Origin: Phaeosaccion multiseriatum
Lineage: Eukaryota; Protista; Ochrophyta, other classes
NCBI GenBank assembly: GCA_965112735.1
Contig: OZ218962.1
Coordinates: 1,984,001-2,048,000 of the forward strand
Reading direction: 5' to 3'
Length of the DNA stretch: 64,000 nucleotides
Made by a program: the position numbers and the translations under genes. The notes beneath the pieces are model-generated. The model worked only from the letters and a program-made list of their open reading frames with translations. It searched no databases and was not told where the DNA came from. Shown piece after piece: positions 44,185 to 64,000 of this stretch (the first letter of the stretch is position 1; each line of letters opens with the position of its first letter).

Positions 44185-47114
44185 ATGGATGGATGGATGG
44201 TTAGTTTTCTGGTAGATATCGTAGATGACAGTCAGTGGAGGGGTGGTAGAAAGATAGAGACACAGCAAACTAAACAAACAAAAAAGCAAACAAACAAACA
44301 AACAAACAAACAAACAAACAAACAAACAAACAAACAAACAAACAAACACACACACACACAAATAAATAATTGAATAGACAAAACACTCACCTGGCTGTCT
44401 CGGGGAAGGTGGGGGGGGTGATGCTGTTCTTCATGGTGATGAGTGTCTTCTGGACCTGTTGTGCATTCATCCGCCATTCGCATATGCGATGAGATGGGAG
44501 CCTGCTGCCAAGCCTTTAAGCGCTGTTGCCCGACTCTCTTCCACCCCCCTATACTCCCTCCTTCCCCTCCCTCCCTCCCTCCCTCCCTCCCTCCCTCCCT
44601 CCCTCCCTCCCTCCCTCCCTCCCTCCCTCCCTCCCTCCCTTCCCTCCCCTCCCCTCCCCTCCACCACCACCCCCCATCCAGCCCCTCCCCCCGCCCATCC
44701 AATCCACTGCCATCCCCTTCAAACCCACGCACCTGCAACAGGGCCTCGTAGGCCCCCTCGTAGTTGTGCTCCACGTCATACTCATCCGCCGTCGCCTCCA
44801 TGCTCTGACCAGGCGCGATAATGGACGAAATGACCGACACCTTACGGCACGTTTCGGCGGAAAAGGCGGAAGGCTTGCCGGCGTCGGGCCCGCTGAAGGC
44901 CGTGCCCTTGGTGACAAAGAAGGAAGAAATGTAGTCGTAGAACGTTCCTCCGTCGGCGGATTGGACGTTGGAGCCCAAGCTCAGGAAGTCCGTCTCGGCG
45001 ACCTAATTTCATTGAAATGGGTTGGGTTGGGTTGGGTTGGGTTGGGTTGGAGTGGATTAGATTGAGGGTTGGGTGGGGTTGGGTAGGGTCGGGTTGGGTT
45101 GATTGGGGTTGGGTTGGGTTGGGTTGGGTTGGGTTGGGTTGGGTTGGGTTGGGTTGGGTTGGGTTGGGGTGGGTTGATTGGGGTTGGGTTGGGTTGGGTT
45201 GGGTGGGGTTGGGTTGAGTTGGGTTGGGTTGGGTTGGAGTGGGTTGGGTTGGGTTGGGTTGGGTTGGGTTGGGTTGGAGTGGGTTGGGTTGGAGTGGGTT
45301 GGGTTGGAGTGGGTTGGGTTGGGTTGGGTTGGGTTGGGTTGGAGTGTGTTTGGATGCTAGATTGGGGTTGGGCTGAACCCCTCCCCAGATACACAAGTAC
45401 ATCTTGCTCACCTCGTACGCCGTGGGCAGACCTCCAAAAAAGAGGTTGAGAGAAAGCTTGTAAGGTCGGTCCATCATCGAACAGCACTCCTTCTTGCTCC
45501 TCGAATAAGACAAGTCCATGCTGTTCATGTCCTCGAGGCGAAGGTATTCAAGCTCGGTGGTCAGCTCGAAGGTCGTTCGGCCGGCGCAAATCCAGGGGAA
45601 GATGCAGCTCAACAGGCGCTGGATGCAGCCGAGCTTTTCATTACGGTCCCCCATTTGGTTGCACTTCCAAATGAGCACTCGGCCGAAGGAAGTGATGGCC
45701 ATAACACACTACGGTTGGTGGGATGGATGGCAGTGGATGGTAGTGGACGGTAGTGGATGGCAGTGGATTTGGAGGAGGGTGGCCGTGGGTGGCAGTGGAT
45801 GGTAGTGGGTGCCGGTGGGCGGGCGAGCGGGGACGGAGGAGGAAATAGCGGAGTGGAGTGGGTGGAGATGAGTTGAGTTGGGCTGAATTGGACTGCGAGC
45901 ATAGTACAGGGTACAGCTGTACGTAGTGCACCACAGGGCAGCCAAGCACTCCTCCCTCCTTCCTTCCCTCCCTCCCTCCCTCCCTCCCTCCCTCCCTCCC
46001 TCCCTCCCTTCCTCCCTCCCTCCCTCCCTCCCTCCCTCCCTTCCTCCCTCCCTCCCTTCCTCCCTTCCTCCCTCCCTCCCTCCATCCCCCCCTCCCTCCC
46101 TCCTTCCATCCCTCCCTCCCTCCCTCCTTCCTTCCCTCCTTCCCTCCTTCCATCCCTCCCTCCCTCCTTCCCTCCTTCCCTCCCTGCGGTACCTTGTGAT
46201 CGTCGATTATTTTGGCGGATCTACAGCAGAAGGCGCAGCAAAGCTTTCGAACCGCGCGGACGAGGAAACGCTTGAGGACTATCACTCCGACGTAGAAGCA
46301 GTACAGACCAAGGGTAACCATGCAGCGGAAGGCAAACTTTGGGGCAAGGAGGGGGGGAGGAGAATCGGGAGGGAGGAGGAGGAAGAATGGGGGGGGGCGG
46401 GTAAGAGGGAGGCGGAGAGAAAGGAGGAGGGGAGAACAGGGAGAGAAAAAGAGGAGGGGAGAGAGAGAGGCGGGGATAGGGTGGGAGAAAAGAGTGAGAC
46501 TTCGAGCATCCAATGATACGCCTGTAGTGCAAAACAAATATCACACGTCTCTTGAGTCGACGGACAAAGATGTATTTATGGGTAAGGGTGGTAGAAAGAT
46601 GGATGTCATGGTTTCAGGAGCACAAAGAGGGACAAATGAGGGACAAAAGAGAGATGGGCGCATAGCAGGTTGCCATCATTGTTCGTTCTCACGGCGGGTC
46701 AGCACGTTGCCTTTCGCTCGGCTCGCCCTTCTCGCCGCTTCTGCCTGCTATCTACCGCTCTCTGGAGAAGGGAGCGGAGTTTCAACTAATAGCAAGCCGC
46801 AATTGGGGGGGGTGTAAACGTACCTTGTAGCGCCAGTCTGACTTGCGATCATCCGCGGCGGGGTTGTGGATGTAGTACTGCGCCACGATGGTCTCGGTGT
46901 CCCCCAAGTCCTTGATGAAAGCGGTCTGCGCGTGGGTGTTCATGCCCTCCACCCCCAGAGTAAAGGCTTCATTTCTGCACATATTCTTCTCACACTTGTT
47001 CCATTCGATGGCGCCCTGCTTTTGCTTGGTCCCGCCAGGAGAGGCCAGGAGCGGTCCCCCCGGCGCCGGGGTGGCGGGGGGGGTGACATCGATATGTGGA
47101 ATGACCTTACTCAT
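40779..47114 (-). CDS. Uncharacterised multi-exon membrane protein with three internal repeats (hydrophobic TxGLY segment plus possible PH-like beta region)
   Basis: Approximate exons 47114-46824, ~46330-46193, ~45705-45412, 45003-44733, 44456-44391, ~43603-43396, 43089-42925, ~42670-42509, 42060-~41717, ~41299-41098, ~40889-40779, between microsatellite introns, most with clear GT/AG ends. Repeated segments: [59 protein letters not shown]. Confidence 0.75.
43622..44200. repeat. Intronic (GGGT/GGAT)n microsatellite
   Basis: Directly visible; grades from GGGT to pure GGAT. Confidence 0.95.
45018..45345. repeat. Intronic (GGGTT)n pentamer array (second array at 55465-55700)
   Basis: Directly visible; both arrays fill most of a minus-strand intron. 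Confidence 0.95.
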
Positions 47115-47776
47115 GGTCTCTCTATCTCTCTTTTCTTGTGTGCAGCGTGGTGCTCTTCACAATTCGTCGTGGACCATTTCTGTAACTGCGTTTTTTTTGT
47201 TTTTTCTGTAACAGCACAAGTGAAAGTGAAACTCAAAGGAAGAAAAAAGGTCAGCGAGAAGCTCTATGCTGATCAGGGGAAGAGTGAGCTAATCTCTGGT
47301 TCCCAGTCAGGTCCATCAATATGAACCAGCAGTGGGCAGTCTCGAAGCTGTACATGCATTACACCACCCGCCCCGACACCCGGGGTGCAATGACTTTCAA
47401 CACTCTACTTACTAACTATTCTCAAAAGCTTGAGCCCCCTCGGGCTGCTGTGGAAGGGCTCTGCTACTCACTCGCCCTCCCAATCACTCACACACTCACC
47501 CACTCACTCACCCACTCACCCACTCACTCACCCACTTACCCTCTCTCCTTGCCCATCATCTAATCATGTAGACGGCACTGTTGATCATGCTTTCTCAGTC
47601 TACAATCAACAACCCCCCCCCGGGGGGTACACTATCGCACTAGGAATAGTCGCTTCATGACATGTTGCAAACGATCTTACTACGGAGCAAGTTCGCTCTA
47701 TAATACACTCACCCACTCACTCACTCACCCACTCACCCACTCACCCACCCACTCACTCACTCACTCACTTACTTAC

Positions 47777-62273
<14,497 letters not shown>

Positions 62274-62774
62274 ACCTTTGCTGCTGCCCCCCTCTCTCCC
62301 GTCCCCATGAATCCTTTCCTACTCTCGGCGGAGGGATCACGCGCCTTCTGTTGCTGCCCCATCCTTGCTGTTGCCCCCCCAACTCTACCACGCATGTTGC
62401 TTTGAGGAGGAGGCACGGGGAATTAATTGAGATTATTACATTTGGAAGAGGGAGGGAGGCCCTGGCTCGGAGGAAGTCTGACGGTTTCAAAGTCACTTTC
62501 ACACTTCGTCGTCGGAAACCCGGGAACGTACGAGTTTTCTGTGAACCGCAACAAAGTACCTCACCGAATCAAACAAACTCAAGACACCCACAATTACATC
62601 ATTTAACACAATCAAACCACAAAGCAATCAGGACCACTCCGACCACTCCCTCTACCGAGCAATCAGCTACAGCCAAGGCCAGGAAGAACAACAGCTCACG
62701 ACTTCTGTAGACCAGTGGCACCCATCCCCCCCCTTCTTCCTTCCTCCTCCTCTCCTACACACCCTCACCTCACG
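62274..62774. promoter_or_regulatory. Probable bidirectional promoter/5' UTR region between divergent genes
   Basis: About 500 bp separate the ATG at 62273 (-) from the ATG at 62775 (+). The region is free of long microsatellites and has an A/C-rich stretch at 62560-62630. Confidence 0.5.
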
Positions 62775-63728
62775 ATGTTGCCCATCCAGAACCTCGTTGG
62801 CTGCTGCTTCCTCCTGGTGCAATCCTCTCTCTCGTTCGTGGTTCCCGCCACTGGACCCGCGGCCTGTGGACTTGGATCGTCAGTCATGCAGCCCCAGGGA
62901 CAGCAGCCTCACCAACAAGGGGTCACCGTGCGACCAACAACAGTGAAGGTGCGTATCAGAGGCGAGGCAGGAGAGGGAGGGAGGGTCGGGGGACTGGGAG
63001 TGGGAGTGCCCGGGATGGAAGGGGGGGGGAAGTAGGCAGGTTAGGAGAAGAAATTTAGGAGCGCGCATGTTAGCTTTGGTAGGCGTTGCGATTGCAGCGG
63101 CACAGGATGGCCGGTAGAAGTGTTACGTACTTTGTTGTCCTCGGGAGAGAAGCAGCAGAAGCACCACCACCACCAGTAGTAGTAGTAGTAGTAGTATGAC
63201 TCAGTAGTTGTACGACCCACTTTTTAGCTCTCCCTTTCACTCACTCTCTGTCTCTCTCTCTCTCTTCTCTCTTTTCTCTTGCCCCTTCCTCCTCTGCAGA
63301 CTACCTCGGCCCTGTCCGCCACCTCCGTGGGCCCTTCCGACGATGACTCACTTAGCTTCACGGACTCATTCATGATCACAATGGGCTTCAAGAAGGACCC
63401 CAACGTAGCTGAGGACGCAGAGGAAGCGTCCATGACCGACAAGATCAAGGCAGCGGGCGCCGCCGGCGTGGTGGCCTACGCCTTCACAGAGGGGGCTTTC
63501 TGGGCGCTGAGCCTGCCCCTTGCTGTCGGGGCGTACACGCAGTCGACAGGACACCTCCCCGACTTTTCGGACGCGGCTGACAAGGCGCAGCTGGCCGGCT
63601 TCTCTTTCGGATTCTTGACGCTGACTCGGGTTGCCGTGCCCGCAAGGATTGCTTTTGCGCTTACCCTGGTGCCCTTTGTGGAGAAGAACATTCTGTCCCG
63701 CTTCAGCAGCAAGAAGGAGGAGGCATAG
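62775..63728 (+). CDS. Plastid-targeted small membrane protein, FAM210/DUF1279-like; two exons (62775-62948, 63300-63728)
   Basis: The signal peptide MLPIQNLVGCCFLLVQSSLS is followed by FVVP (ASAFAP-type cleavage) and a Ser/Thr-rich transit peptide. The mature region reads KIKAAGAAGVVAYAFTEGAFW ... TRVAVPARIAFALTLVPFV. Phase-0 GT-AG intron 62949-63299. Confidence 0.75.
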
Positions 63729-64000
63729 ATTTTGAGAGGTGGGGCAAGTTACTGCCGTTTGAGGAGAACAGGTCGCGCTTCAGTGCAGCAGCAGCAGCAG
63801 CAGCAAGGGAGAGAAGGATAGAGTCGGAGAGAGAGAGAGAGAGATGGGGCGAATAGACCCCTGGTTTACAATGTGAAGGTTTAAATGTAATGTAAATAGA
63901 GATGCACCTGCCGACCCCATCTGAGCCAGGTCCACAGGAGAAAGACGTAGAACGTACCCCTTTACGAGTACCCACTACGATCAGCCCCAGGCAGGCAGGA

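Noticed and set aside
45018-45345. (GGGTT)n, and CCCTAACCCTAA at ~16871, as telomeric repeats
   Set aside because: The arrays are internal, intronic and degenerate, and the CCCTAA tract has only two units.

Overview
Eukaryotic, intron-rich, microsatellite-saturated genomic DNA. It is most likely a photosynthetic ochrophyte (stramenopile alga), judging from a bipartite signal peptide plus 'S-FV' plastid-targeting leader. Most entries in the ORF track are microsatellite artefacts. Splicing by eye gives six genes: (1) the 3' ~30 kb of a very divergent dynein-heavy-chain-like gene (+), (2) a 7TM-RGS protein (+) with a 7-nt microexon, (3) an intronless thioredoxin-like [2Fe-2S] ferredoxin (+), (4) an unknown membrane protein with three internal repeats (-), (5) a putatively myristoylated protein with a degenerate HET-like domain and RNI-like LRRs (-), and (6) a plastid-targeted FAM210/DUF1279-like membrane protein (+). 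The most unusual signals are not gene-level. A dispersed 11-mer, GTAYCACCAAC, occurs 22 times by hand count, on both strands, in introns and in several reading frames of exons. Two more dispersed motifs recur (GGATGGCAGT and CATATGCCT). Many introns have G-rich repeats after the donor and complementary C-rich repeats before the acceptor. All exon boundaries and domain calls are by-eye inferences without database searches.
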